DNA from: an uncultured Synergistales bacterium
GTDB taxonomy: Bacteria > Synergistota > Synergistia > Synergistales > Aminobacteriaceae
Reading direction: 5' to 3'
DNA length: 59,787 bases
NCBI GenBank assembly: GCA_937897575.1
Contig: CALCQG010000051.1
Coordinates: forward strand, 1 to 59,787
The notes under the pieces are model-generated. The model searched no databases, was not told the DNA's origin, and saw nothing but the letters and a program-made list of their open reading frames with translations. The translations under genes were made by a program, and so were the position numbers. Shown here piece by piece: positions 39,655-48,682 of the stretch (its first letter is position 1; every line of letters begins with the position of its first letter).

Positions 39655-40128
39655 GTGAAAATAGAGTTCGTTGTGAACGGAGAATCGTGCGCTGCGGAGG
39701 TCGATTCGGCCATGCGCCTCATCGACCTCCTGAGGGAGGAGCTGCGGCTGACGAGCGTCAAAGAGGGGTGCGGCGCCGGAGAGTGCGGGGCCTGCACCGT
39801 CCTGGTGGACGGCGAGCCGGTCTGCTCCTGCCTTGTTCCGGCCGTCCAGGCCAGGGGGCGGGATATTCTGACCGTCGAGGGGCTCGCGAAGGACGGGCAG
39901 CTGAGCGTTCTTCAGCAGGCCTTCCTGGACTGCGATGCCGTCCAGTGCGGATTCTGCACCGCCGGCATGATTCTGACCGCCCACGCCCTCCTGATGAAAA
40001 AAGACAACCCGACGGACGAGGACATACGGACGGCCCTTGCCGGCAACATCTGCCGCTGCACGGGGTACGTCCCCATCGAACGGGCCGTTCGGGCAGCCGC
40101 CGATCGTATTCGGGCGGCGCGGAGCTGA
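39655..40128 (+). CDS. Xanthine oxidoreductase-family small [2Fe-2S] subunit
   Basis: Motifs KEGCGAGECGACTV, CSC, QCGFCTAG and NICRCTGY. GTG start with GGAGGG RBS. Confidence 0.96.
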   Translation: MKIEFVVNGESCAAEVDSAMRLIDLLREELRLTSVKEGCGAGECGACTVLVDGEPVCSCLVPAVQARGRDILTVEGLAKDGQLSVLQQAFLDCDAVQCGFCTAGMILTAHALLMKKDNPTDEDIRTALAGNICRCTGYVPIERAVRAAADRIRAARS

Positions 40129-40132
40129 CGCC

Positions 40133-40993
40133 ATGGCCGGATTGATGACCCCGAACTCCCTGGACGAGCTCGCGGCCTGCCTTGCGATCGGGAACGTCCG
40201 GGTGGTGGCCGGCGGGACGGACTGGTTCGTCCGGGACGTCGAGTCCTTCGGCGAGGAGGACACCTTGATCGATCTCTCGGGGGTGGCCGAGCTCCGCGGG
40301 GTGACCCTTCAGGGGGGCGGGCTTCGAATCGGCGCCGGAGAGACCATGACCTCCCTGGCCGGCAGCCCCTTGGTGCGGACACATGCCGCCTGCCTCGCCG
40401 AGGCGGCGGAACACGTGGGCTCCTGGCAGATACGAAACAGGGCGACCCTGGGAGGCAACCTCGCCGGCGGATCGCCTGCGGCGGACACGCCGCCGGCCCT
40501 CATGGCCCTCGACGCGACGGCGGAGATCCTCTCCCTCCGAGGTACGAGATCGTGCTCCGTCGAGGGCATCGTCGCGCAGGGCAGGGCGGCCCTCGCCCCC
40601 GACGAAGTGCTCGTCGCTTTCACAATTCCCCTTCCGGAAGGTCGGATCAGCGCCTTCGGCAAGGTCGGCAGCCGGAAAGAGGTCAGCATCGCCCGGCTCA
40701 ACCTCGCCGCGTCCCTTCGACGAAGCGGCGGATCCCTCTCCAACGCCCGGGTCGTCGTCGGAACCCTGGGCTCGGCGGGACGTCTCTGCCCGGGGGCCGG
40801 GGAGATCCTCATCGGTTCGCTCGACCTCGAGGAACGACGGCGCGCCTTCTGCTCCGCCCTCGTCGCCGTCGTGGAGGCGGCGATCCCCGGCCGGTCGACG
40901 CTGCCCTACAAGCGCTCCGCCATCCTTGCCCTGGGCGAGGACGTCTTCGACGCCCTGATGAGAACATCCGATGAGGGGAGGGGACGGTCGTGA
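40133..40993 (+). CDS. Xanthine oxidoreductase-family FAD-binding subunit
   Basis: Motifs VAGGTD, LRIGA, GSWQIRNRATLGGN, SPAAD and KVGSRK. Confidence 0.93.
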   Translation: MAGLMTPNSLDELAACLAIGNVRVVAGGTDWFVRDVESFGEEDTLIDLSGVAELRGVTLQGGGLRIGAGETMTSLAGSPLVRTHAACLAEAAEHVGSWQIRNRATLGGNLAGGSPAADTPPALMALDATAEILSLRGTRSCSVEGIVAQGRAALAPDEVLVAFTIPLPEGRISAFGKVGSRKEVSIARLNLAASLRRSGGSLSNARVVVGTLGSAGRLCPGAGEILIGSLDLEERRRAFCSALVAVVEAAIPGRSTLPYKRSAILALGEDVFDALMRTSDEGRGRS

Positions 40994-43272
40994 GCGCCCT
41001 GAAGGAAAAAGAGAGGACGATCCAGAGGCCCGAGGAGCTCGCGCCGGGGCGGGATTTCCGGTACATCGGACAGAGAATCCCCCGGGCCGACGGGCCGGAC
41101 AAGGTCACGGGGCGGTACGACTACCTCGCCGACGGACGATACGACAAGGCGCTCGTGGGCGTTGTGCTGTTCAGTCCTCACGCCCACGCCAAGGTCCGGT
41201 CCATCGACTGCTCCCGGGCTCTCGCCATGCCGGGCGTCCGGGTCCTGACCTGGGAGGACGCCCCCGATGTGCTCTACAACAGCGGAGAGTGGTTTCCCGG
41301 GCAGAACGACCACCCCGACGAACGGGTCCTGACCGGGCACGCCCGCCACGTGGGCGACCGGATCGCCCTCGTCCTCGCCCCCGACGAGCGGACGGCCCGG
41401 ATCGCCCGAGGCCGCATCGTGGTGGACTACGAGGTCCTGCTCCCCGTCGTCGACCCCGAAGGGGCCCGGGAGGCGCCGGAAGCGCTCCACGAGGACGGCA
41501 TCCGCGAGTTTCCGGGGACGATCGCCTTCGGCGACGTGGAGGGAGCCTTCGCCTCGGCTGCCCACGTGGAGGAGGACGTGATCGTCACGCCGCGGATACA
41601 CCACGCCGCCATGGAGCCCCACGCCGTGTTCGCGGCCCCGAGGCCCGAGGGCGTCCTGGAGCTTCACACGCCCTGTCAGATTCTCTTCGGCATTCAGCAG
41701 ACCGTGGCGAAGGTGCTGAACCTCCCCTTCTCCAAGGTGCGGATCATCAAGGTGCCCATGGGCGGCTCCTTCGGCGGCAAGCAGGAGGCCGTCTTCGAGC
41801 CTCTGTGCGCCTGGGCGGCGATGACATTGCATCGCCCAGTCCTCATCGTGACAAACCGCGAGGAGTCCATCGCCGCGACGCGGGTTCGGGCGGCGGCCGT
41901 CGGACGGGTCTCGACGGCTCTCGACGCCGACGGCAAGCTCCTCGCCCGCCGGTTCGACGTCACCGTGGACGCCGGCGCCTACCTCTCCGGCGCGAGGAAG
42001 GTACTGATGGCCATGGGGAAGAAGACGTCGCGCCTGTACCGGATTCCCGCCGTCGAGTTCGCGGGCCGGGCCGTCCGGACGTCCACGACGCCCTCGGGCG
42101 CCTGCCGCGGCTACGGCTCCCCCCAGATTCACGCCATCACGGAGATCCACACGGACCTCCTCTGCCGTCGTCTCGGCTACGACCCCGTCGACTTCCGCCT
42201 GGCCAACCTCGTGCACCCCGGCGACAGCGACCCCTCGGGCGCGTCGGATCTCGGAAACGCCCGCATCATCGAGTGCCTGACCAGGGGAGCCGAACGGTTC
42301 GGCTGGGACCATCGGAGCAAGGTCCTCTCCTGGGGCCGGTGGCGGCGCAGCGCCGGTTTCGCCTGCTGCACCCACGGCAATGGCTACGCCGGGACGATCT
42401 ATCACGACGTGACGGAGGTGTCGGTGCGGATCATGGAGGACGGTTCCGTCGTGGTTCGCACGAGCCTGCACGAATTGGGCAACGGGACGCTGACAGCCGT
42501 GGCGCAGATCGTCGGCGAGGTGCTGTCCGTCCCGCTGGACAGGATCGTCGTGACGGAGGGCGACACCCAGTTCACGGGCTACGATATCGGCTGCCAGGCC
42601 AGCCGGGTCATCTACGTCTGCGGGGAGAGCGCCCGTCTCTGCGCGGAGCAGGCCAAAGAGCTCCTCCGCTCCGAGGCGGAGAAACTATGGGGCTGTCCGA
42701 CGACCTACGAGAACGGAGAGCTCCTCGTGGGCGGACGCCGCCTCTCTCTGGGCGAGGCGGTGCGGGCCGTCGAGACAAAGGGAGGGACCTCCGTGGATGT
42801 GCACCTCACGTACAGCCCCGACCGCAACCCCGGCTCCTACGGCGTCCACTTCGCCGACATCACGGTGGACACCTGCACGGGGCTCGTGACGGTGAACGAC
42901 TTCCTCGCCGTCCACGACGTCGGACAGGCGATCAACCGGAACTTCGTCGAGGGGCAGATCTACGGCGGCATCCAGATGGGCTTGGGGATGGCGCTCACGG
43001 AGGAGCTCGCCTTCGACGCAAAGGGCCGGCCCAGCGCCCGCAACTTCGACAAGTACCACATGTTCAACGCCCCGGAGATGCCGCCCATCGACGTCCTGCT
43101 GATCGAAAAGGGCGAGCCCGGCGGGCCCTACGGCGCCAAGAGCATCGGGGAGATCGCCACGGTCCCCACGGCGCCTGCCGTGGTCAACGCCGTCAACCGG
43201 GCACTGGGGACGGAGATGACCTGTCTTCCTCTGACCCCGGCCAGGATCGTGGAGGCCCTGGCGGCCCTCTGA
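40990..43272 (+). CDS. Xanthine oxidoreductase-family molybdopterin-binding subunit (candidate thiourocanate-desulfurizing enzyme)
   Basis: Motifs KVTG, SPHAHA, HAAMEPH, MGGSFGGKQ, CRGYGSPQ, ELGNG, ASR, HDVGQAIN...EGQIYGG and GAKSIGE. Confidence 0.93.
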   Translation: MSALKEKERTIQRPEELAPGRDFRYIGQRIPRADGPDKVTGRYDYLADGRYDKALVGVVLFSPHAHAKVRSIDCSRALAMPGVRVLTWEDAPDVLYNSGEWFPGQNDHPDERVLTGHARHVGDRIALVLAPDERTARIARGRIVVDYEVLLPVVDPEGAREAPEALHEDGIREFPGTIAFGDVEGAFASAAHVEEDVIVTPRIHHAAMEPHAVFAAPRPEGVLELHTPCQILFGIQQTVAKVLNLPFSKVRIIKVPMGGSFGGKQEAVFEPLCAWAAMTLHRPVLIVTNREESIAATRVRAAAVGRVSTALDADGKLLARRFDVTVDAGAYLSGARKVLMAMGKKTSRLYRIPAVEFAGRAVRTSTTPSGACRGYGSPQIHAITEIHTDLLCRRLGYDPVDFRLANLVHPGDSDPSGASDLGNARIIECLTRGAERFGWDHRSKVLSWGRWRRSAGFACCTHGNGYAGTIYHDVTEVSVRIMEDGSVVVRTSLHELGNGTLTAVAQIVGEVLSVPLDRIVVTEGDTQFTGYDIGCQASRVIYVCGESARLCAEQAKELLRSEAEKLWGCPTTYENGELLVGGRRLSLGEAVRAVETKGGTSVDVHLTYSPDRNPGSYGVHFADITVDTCTGLVTVNDFLAVHDVGQAINRNFVEGQIYGGIQMGLGMALTEELAFDAKGRPSARNFDKYHMFNAPEMPPIDVLLIEKGEPGGPYGAKSIGEIATVPTAPAVVNAVNRALGTEMTCLPLTPARIVEALAAL

Positions 43273-43324
43273 ATCCACCGGGCGTGCTCCGCTGCCCGGA
43301 AGAACCTTTAAGGAGTGATGCGTT

Positions 43325-44845
43325 GTGAAGATCGTGTTGAGCGGTTCGGACCTGACCGTCGAACTGGTCCGGCAGATCGCCTGCGACGGCGCCGAAGTCG
43401 AGATATCCCCCGACGGTCTTGCCCGTCTCGAGGCCTCGCGACAGCTGGTGTACGACCTCGTCGACAGCGACGTGCCCGTCTACGGCTTCAATACCGGCGT
43501 GGGGTGGAACAAGGACCGCCACATCGCCTCGGAGTTCTTCAAGGCGTACAACGAGAACCTGATCCACTCCCACACCCTGGGCGTGGGCCCCGAGGCCTCC
43601 GAGGCGGAGGTCCGGGCGGCCATGGCCATACGGCTGAACTGCCTTCTCAGCGGCAACACGGGCATTCAGCCCGCCGTAGCCCTCCGATACGCCGAATTCC
43701 TGAACCACGGGCTACACCCCGTCATCCCGGAGCGAGGCTCCGTGGGCGAGGGAGACATCGCGGTGCTGTCCCACATCGGACTCGCCATGATCGGCGAGGG
43801 CGACGTATTCTACGGAGGCGTCCGGATGTCCTCCATGGAGGCCCATCGCAAAGCGGGGCTGAAACCCATCGACCTGGGCCCCAAGGACGGCCTGGCCATC
43901 GTGAGCTGCAACGCCTTCGGCGCGGGGCAGGGCGCCCTCGTCCTGGCGGACCTGGTCGAGCTCGTGGACCAGGCGGACCTGATCTACAGCGCCTCCCTCT
44001 CGGCCCTCAACGGCAACACCTCTCCCCTCCACCCGAAGGTGAACGAGCTTCGGCGTCTTCCCGGACAGATCGTCAGCGCCGAAAACACGAGAAATTTCAT
44101 CCGGGGGAGCTTCATCCACGACCCCGACCCCGAGCGCCCCGTCCAGGACCCCCTGAGCTTTAGGGGCGGAGCCTACGTGCACGGCACGCTGCGGGACGCC
44201 ATGGAGTACGTGGACAAATTCCTGACGATCCAGATGAACACCTCGGACGACAACCCCTGCCTGCTGCTGGACGAACGGAAAATCGTCTCGTGCTCCAACT
44301 TCGAGGTGACCACGTTGGCCACAGGCTTCGAGATGCTGGCCGTGGTGCTGAGCCACGTCTCCCGCATGTCCTGCTACCGGTCCATCCGGCTGTCCAACCC
44401 CGAGCTCACGAAGCTGCCCCGGTTTCTCACCCCTGACGAGACCTACGTCCACGCCTTCGGCGCCCTCCAGAAGACCTTCACCCTGCTCGACACGGAGATA
44501 CGCCACCTCTCGAACCCCTCGACGGTGGACTACCTCTCCCTGGCCGGAGGGATCGAGGATCACGCGAACAACCTGCCCCACGTCGTGCAGCGGGTCCGTA
44601 AGATCGTGGACAACCTCAGGTACGTCCTCGGCATGGAGATGATCCACGCGGCCCAGGCCCTGACCCTCCGCCGACAGAAGAATCCAGGGCTTCCTCTGGG
44701 CGTCGGCGTCGAGGCGGCTTTCGACGAGTTCAGGAGGTCCGTCCCCTGGTACGACAGGGACCGGAACATCTCGACGGATATCGAGGCGGCCTGTCAGGTC
44801 GTGAAGAGCGGTGATCTGCTGAAGGCGGCGCGGCGGGTCCGATAG
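43325..44845 (+). CDS. MIO-less aromatic amino-acid lyase family protein, probable ergothionase (ergothioneine trimethylammonia-lyase)
   Basis: HAL fold (VYGFNTG, NLIHSH, PKDGLA, VQDPLSFR, DDNP, EDHANN). The MIO-forming ASG is replaced by GSVG-EG-D, and VGWNKD follows the catalytic Tyr, as in ergothionases. Operonic with BCCT. Confidence 0.8.
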   Translation: MKIVLSGSDLTVELVRQIACDGAEVEISPDGLARLEASRQLVYDLVDSDVPVYGFNTGVGWNKDRHIASEFFKAYNENLIHSHTLGVGPEASEAEVRAAMAIRLNCLLSGNTGIQPAVALRYAEFLNHGLHPVIPERGSVGEGDIAVLSHIGLAMIGEGDVFYGGVRMSSMEAHRKAGLKPIDLGPKDGLAIVSCNAFGAGQGALVLADLVELVDQADLIYSASLSALNGNTSPLHPKVNELRRLPGQIVSAENTRNFIRGSFIHDPDPERPVQDPLSFRGGAYVHGTLRDAMEYVDKFLTIQMNTSDDNPCLLLDERKIVSCSNFEVTTLATGFEMLAVVLSHVSRMSCYRSIRLSNPELTKLPRFLTPDETYVHAFGALQKTFTLLDTEIRHLSNPSTVDYLSLAGGIEDHANNLPHVVQRVRKIVDNLRYVLGMEMIHAAQALTLRRQKNPGLPLGVGVEAAFDEFRRSVPWYDRDRNISTDIEAACQVVKSGDLLKAARRVR

Positions 44846-44862
44846 ATACGGAACGACGAAAC

Positions 44863-44896
44863 AGAGGGGGCGCTCCCGGCCGGGAGCGCCCCCTCT
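44863..44896 (+). terminator. Perfect 34-bp palindrome, probable terminator of the BCCT-XOR-lyase operon
   Basis: AGAGGGGGCGCTCCCGG|CCGGGAGCGCCCCCTCT, 17 nt after the lyase stop, followed by TGTTCT. Confidence 0.7.
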
Positions 44897-45139
44897 TGTT
44901 CTGTGTGCATACCGTCCAGGGTCAACCACATATTTTCGGTCACGATATCGCGTCTTTACAGCATCTTTACGGTACTTACGGGCGAACCCGAGAGTAAGTA
45001 TATGAAAAACACTGCCCGATAATATGCGATGCCCATCGCTCTCTCACACAAAAAACAGTCTTTTCCGAGGGCTATAGGGTTCAGGGCGCGAATTTTCCAA
45101 TGATATCCCGACCCAAACCGAGGCCGAGGTGACGAGATA

Positions 45140-45167
45140 TTGACTTTTTTCTTTCGAACGGTACACT
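45140..45167 (+). promoter_or_regulatory. Sigma70-type promoter for the iclR-liv operon
   Basis: TTGACT, 16-nt spacer, TACACT, about 50 nt upstream of the ATG. Confidence 0.5.
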
Positions 45168-45217
45168 GAACATGTTATATATCAGGTCAGGTGTCCCATT
45201 TTAAGGAGCTGGATTTC

Positions 45218-45958
45218 ATGAAAGGCACCGAGAAGGTCATGGCCCTGGTCGAAGCGTTGATGTCCTCGGAACGTGACGTCGGCATACGGGATCTTGCCGC
45301 ACAGACCGACATCCCCAAGAGCACTGTGCAGAGGATCCTCTCCTCCCTTCAGGGGGGAGGCTGGGTCGTTCAGGACCCCTCGACGCAAAGCTACCGAATC
45401 AGTCTTCACCTTCTAACCCTTGCCAATACCTGGCGATTGCGTCTTGAACTGAACCGCCAGTCCAGAGAGATACTTGAAGAACTCAGCATCACAACGCGTC
45501 ACACCGTTCTGCTCCTCGTGCCCAGCGGTTCATGCGGGATATGCCTGAATAAAGTGGAGCCGGAGCGCACCCTCAAGCTCGTCGCCGAGGTGGGAAAGAC
45601 CTTTCCCCTCCATGCCGCAGCATGCGGCAAGATCTTGCTCGCCTACTCCTCCCCCATCCTTCAAGACGAGATTCTGTCCGCACCGGTGCACTCCTTCACA
45701 CCGTCGACAATAACCGACCCCGATCTGCTCAGAGAGGAAATTCAGCTCATCCGCGCCCGAGGATACGCGGTGAGTTACGGGGAGATGACCGCTGGTGCGG
45801 CCGAGATAGCGGTTCCTCTGCTGGATCAGGGGGGGAATGTTCTCGCTGCGCTCAGCATCGCGGGGCCCTGTTTTGAAATGGAGGGGCACCTCGAGGAGTA
45901 CGAGGAGCTTCTCCGACTGGCCGCAGACCGCATCCTCGGGCATTCGTCCGGTTTTTGA
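45218..45958 (+). CDS. IclR family transcriptional regulator
   Basis: HTH IPKSTVQRILSSL, plus PLHAAACGKILLA, TITDP, RARGYAVS and AALSIAGP. AAGGAG RBS. Confidence 0.95.
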   Translation: MKGTEKVMALVEALMSSERDVGIRDLAAQTDIPKSTVQRILSSLQGGGWVVQDPSTQSYRISLHLLTLANTWRLRLELNRQSREILEELSITTRHTVLLLVPSGSCGICLNKVEPERTLKLVAEVGKTFPLHAAACGKILLAYSSPILQDEILSAPVHSFTPSTITDPDLLREEIQLIRARGYAVSYGEMTAGAAEIAVPLLDQGGNVLAALSIAGPCFEMEGHLEEYEELLRLAADRILGHSSGF

Positions 45959-45971
45959 GGAGGTTGTTGAC

Positions 45972-46754
45972 ATGAGCATGTTGCGTTCCGAAAACGTCTC
46001 GATGTATTTCGGCGGGCTGAAAGCCGTGGAGAATGTGAGCCTGGAAGTGCGGGAAGGGGAGATCCTCTCGCTCATCGGCCCGAACGGCGCGGGTAAAACC
46101 ACATTTTTCAACCTGGCCAGCGGGTTTCTGACCCCGACGAAAGGGCACGTCTACTTTTCCGACAAAGAGGTCACCGGGCTGCCGCCCCATGTGATCGCCT
46201 CCATGGGGCTCGTTCGGACCTTCCAGAAGACGAACATCTTCGCTGAAGTCTCGGTGGAGGAGAGCGTGAGGATAGGGTTCAACCTCCACAGGAGGGCAAG
46301 TCTGGGCTCCATTCTTACGGGGGGGCGCGCCACACGGGACGAAGACGGGAGAATCGCCGGAGTGCTGGAGGAACTGCTCGCCTTTACCGGACTCGCTGAC
46401 TGGCGGAAGGCCCTCGTGAAGAACATACCCTACGGGAAACAGAGAATGCTGTCCATCGCCATCGCGCTCGCCACGGGGCCGAAACTCCTCATGCTGGACG
46501 AACCGGCGACGGGGCTGAACCCCGTGGAGACGAAAGAGCTCATCGACATCATCCTTCGCATCCGGGGTGACCGGGGCATCACCATTCTGCTCATCGAGCA
46601 CAACATGCGCCTCGTGGTCTCCATATCGGACAGAATGGCGGTCCTGAGCTACGGAGAAAAGCTCGCCGAGGGGAAGCCGGACGAAATTTCAAGGAACCCT
46701 GCGGTTATTGAAGCCTACCTGGGAAAGGGGTTTCAGAATGTTTCTCAAGGTTGA
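45972..46754 (+). CDS. livG: Branched-chain amino acid (HAAT) ABC transporter ATPase, LivG-like
   Basis: Motifs FGGLKAV, GPNGAGKTT, RTFQ, PYGKQR, LDEPATG and IEHNM. Confidence 0.92.
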   Translation: MSMLRSENVSMYFGGLKAVENVSLEVREGEILSLIGPNGAGKTTFFNLASGFLTPTKGHVYFSDKEVTGLPPHVIASMGLVRTFQKTNIFAEVSVEESVRIGFNLHRRASLGSILTGGRATRDEDGRIAGVLEELLAFTGLADWRKALVKNIPYGKQRMLSIAIALATGPKLLMLDEPATGLNPVETKELIDIILRIRGDRGITILLIEHNMRLVVSISDRMAVLSYGEKLAEGKPDEISRNPAVIEAYLGKGFQNVSQG

Positions 46755-47445
46755 CAATCTCACGGCGCATTACGGGCGGGTAAAGGCCCTCGACAACGTA
46801 TCGATGGAGGCCCCCAAAGGTTCCATAGTCTCACTGATCGGAGCCAACGGAGCGGGAAAGAGCAGTTTCATGATGTGTCTTTCGGGAGTTCTCAGACCGA
46901 CCAGCGGGACCATAGAATTCGACGGACAAAGGATAGAGAGCGCCTGGCCGGAGCAGATCGTCTCCCTCGGGCTGTCCCAGTGCCCTGAAGGGCGTCGGGT
47001 CTGGCCGAAGATGACCGTCCTCGAGAACCTCGAGATGGGAGCGTTCTCCGTCAGGGAGCCACGTGTTGTGGGTGAACGGCTCGAACGGGCCTTCAGCCTT
47101 TTTCCGATCCTCAAGGAACGGCAGTGGCAGCTCGCCGGCAGCCTCAGCGGAGGCGAGCAGCAGATGCTCGCCATCGCCCGAGCTCTTATGGCCGGGCCCA
47201 AACTGCTCATGCTCGACGAACCTTCCCTCGGGCTGGCTCCGATCATTGTGGAGAAGGTGATGGAGGTGATCAAAGACATTCGGGCTGCGGGAACAACGGT
47301 CATTCTCGTCGAACAGAACGCGTTCATGGCTCTTTCTATCGCCGATCACGCCTATGTCCTCGAGACCGGGAAAGTCGTGCTTTCAGGGAAAGCGTCCGAG
47401 CTACTGCAGAATGACGACGTGCGCAAGTCCTACCTTGGCATATGA
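46738..47445 (+). CDS. livF: HAAT ABC transporter ATPase, LivF-like
   Basis: Motifs GANGAGKS, PEGRR, LSGGEQQMLAIARALM, DEPSLGLAP and VEQNA. Confidence 0.93.
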   Translation: MFLKVDNLTAHYGRVKALDNVSMEAPKGSIVSLIGANGAGKSSFMMCLSGVLRPTSGTIEFDGQRIESAWPEQIVSLGLSQCPEGRRVWPKMTVLENLEMGAFSVREPRVVGERLERAFSLFPILKERQWQLAGSLSGGEQQMLAIARALMAGPKLLMLDEPSLGLAPIIVEKVMEVIKDIRAAGTTVILVEQNAFMALSIADHAYVLETGKVVLSGKASELLQNDDVRKSYLGI

Positions 47446-47474
47446 TGCCACATCTCAGACAGGAGGGTGCAACC

Positions 47475-48623
47475 ATGAGAAGAAGTACGTTCCTTTCCGC
47501 TATGCTGCTGTTGGTGCTCTTGTTCGCTCTGCCGGCCTACGCCGAGCTTCCGAAGGCTCCTGTGAAGATAGGCGTCGTCCTCCCCACCTCGGGAGCCATC
47601 GCCTATGACGGAAACCTCGCTCTGAACGGCATCAAGATGGCCGTCGACGAGATCAACAAAAACGGCGGCATCAAGGGCAACGTGATCGAGCTCAGCGTCG
47701 AGGACAGCGCGGGAGTCCCAGCCACGGCCGTCGCCGCCATGGAGAAACTGGTCGGCATGGAGAAAGTCGTTGCGGTGATCGGCGACTTCGGAAGCTCCTG
47801 CACCCTTGCCATGATGGACGTGGCGAAACGGGCCCAGGTGCCGCTCATCACCCCTGTCTCCCTGGCTCCCAAAATCACGGAATCCGGAAATATATGGATG
47901 TTCAGAGGGTGCGACAACTCCAACATGATCGCCAAGGCCTTCACCAAGTGGGCCGTTCAGGAGAATGGTGCGGACAAGTGGGCGTACATCGCCATCAACA
48001 CGGACTACGGCAGGGGCTCCGTCGAGTCCTTCAACGCCCAGCTGGCCGAACTCGGCGGTAAGGTCGTCTTCACCGAGTACTTCAACCAGGGCGAGACGGA
48101 CTACTACCCCATCGTTACGAAACTCTCCGCAACGGACGCCAATGCGCTCTGCCTCTTCGGAGAGACCGTCGACCTGTCGAGGGTCATCGCTCAGTTCCAT
48201 GAGATGGGGCTCGGCGGCAAGATGCTCATTATGGACCCGACGAGCGGGACGTTCAACGCCAAGTTCCTCGAACTCGCCAAGGAGCACGCCAACGGCATCG
48301 TCGGCGCCAGCCGCTTTGTGGCGACGATCCAGACCCCGGCGGCCCAGAAATTCGTCGCCGACTACAGAGGCCGATACGACATCGACCCGGAGAAGTACGC
48401 CCAGGCCGGCTACGACTGCACGCGCATGGTCTCCCTCGCCATCGAGAAGGCCGACTCCCTCGACACCGGGAAAATTCGGGAGAACCTGGCGGCCATCCAG
48501 TATGAGGGACCTCAGGGCAAGGCCCATTTCGACGAGAAGAATCAGCTCATCATCGACGAGTACATCATCATCGTGAAGGACGGCAAGTTCGAAGTCGCCG
48601 CCGGCCCTATCTCGGTTCAATAG
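47475..48623 (+). CDS. HAAT ABC transporter substrate-binding protein
   Basis: Signal peptide (AYA-E). Motifs VKIGVVLPTSG, MAVDEINKNGGIKG, DYGRG and AGYD. Confidence 0.92.
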   Translation: MRRSTFLSAMLLLVLLFALPAYAELPKAPVKIGVVLPTSGAIAYDGNLALNGIKMAVDEINKNGGIKGNVIELSVEDSAGVPATAVAAMEKLVGMEKVVAVIGDFGSSCTLAMMDVAKRAQVPLITPVSLAPKITESGNIWMFRGCDNSNMIAKAFTKWAVQENGADKWAYIAINTDYGRGSVESFNAQLAELGGKVVFTEYFNQGETDYYPIVTKLSATDANALCLFGETVDLSRVIAQFHEMGLGGKMLIMDPTSGTFNAKFLELAKEHANGIVGASRFVATIQTPAAQKFVADYRGRYDIDPEKYAQAGYDCTRMVSLAIEKADSLDTGKIRENLAAIQYEGPQGKAHFDEKNQLIIDEYIIIVKDGKFEVAAGPISVQ

Positions 48624-48682
48624 TCCTGACAAGGGGAGGCCCGAGCGCGGTCTCCCCTGCACCTCCCGCTTAGAGGAGCTGA

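Noticed and set aside
39655..43272. Annotation as purine-degrading xanthine dehydrogenase (xdhABC)
   Set aside because: There is no purine-catabolism context and the active-site motifs are altered; only family-level assignment is supported.
43325..44845. Annotation as hutH (histidine ammonia-lyase)
   Set aside because: There is no ASG MIO motif and no hutU/I/G neighbours.
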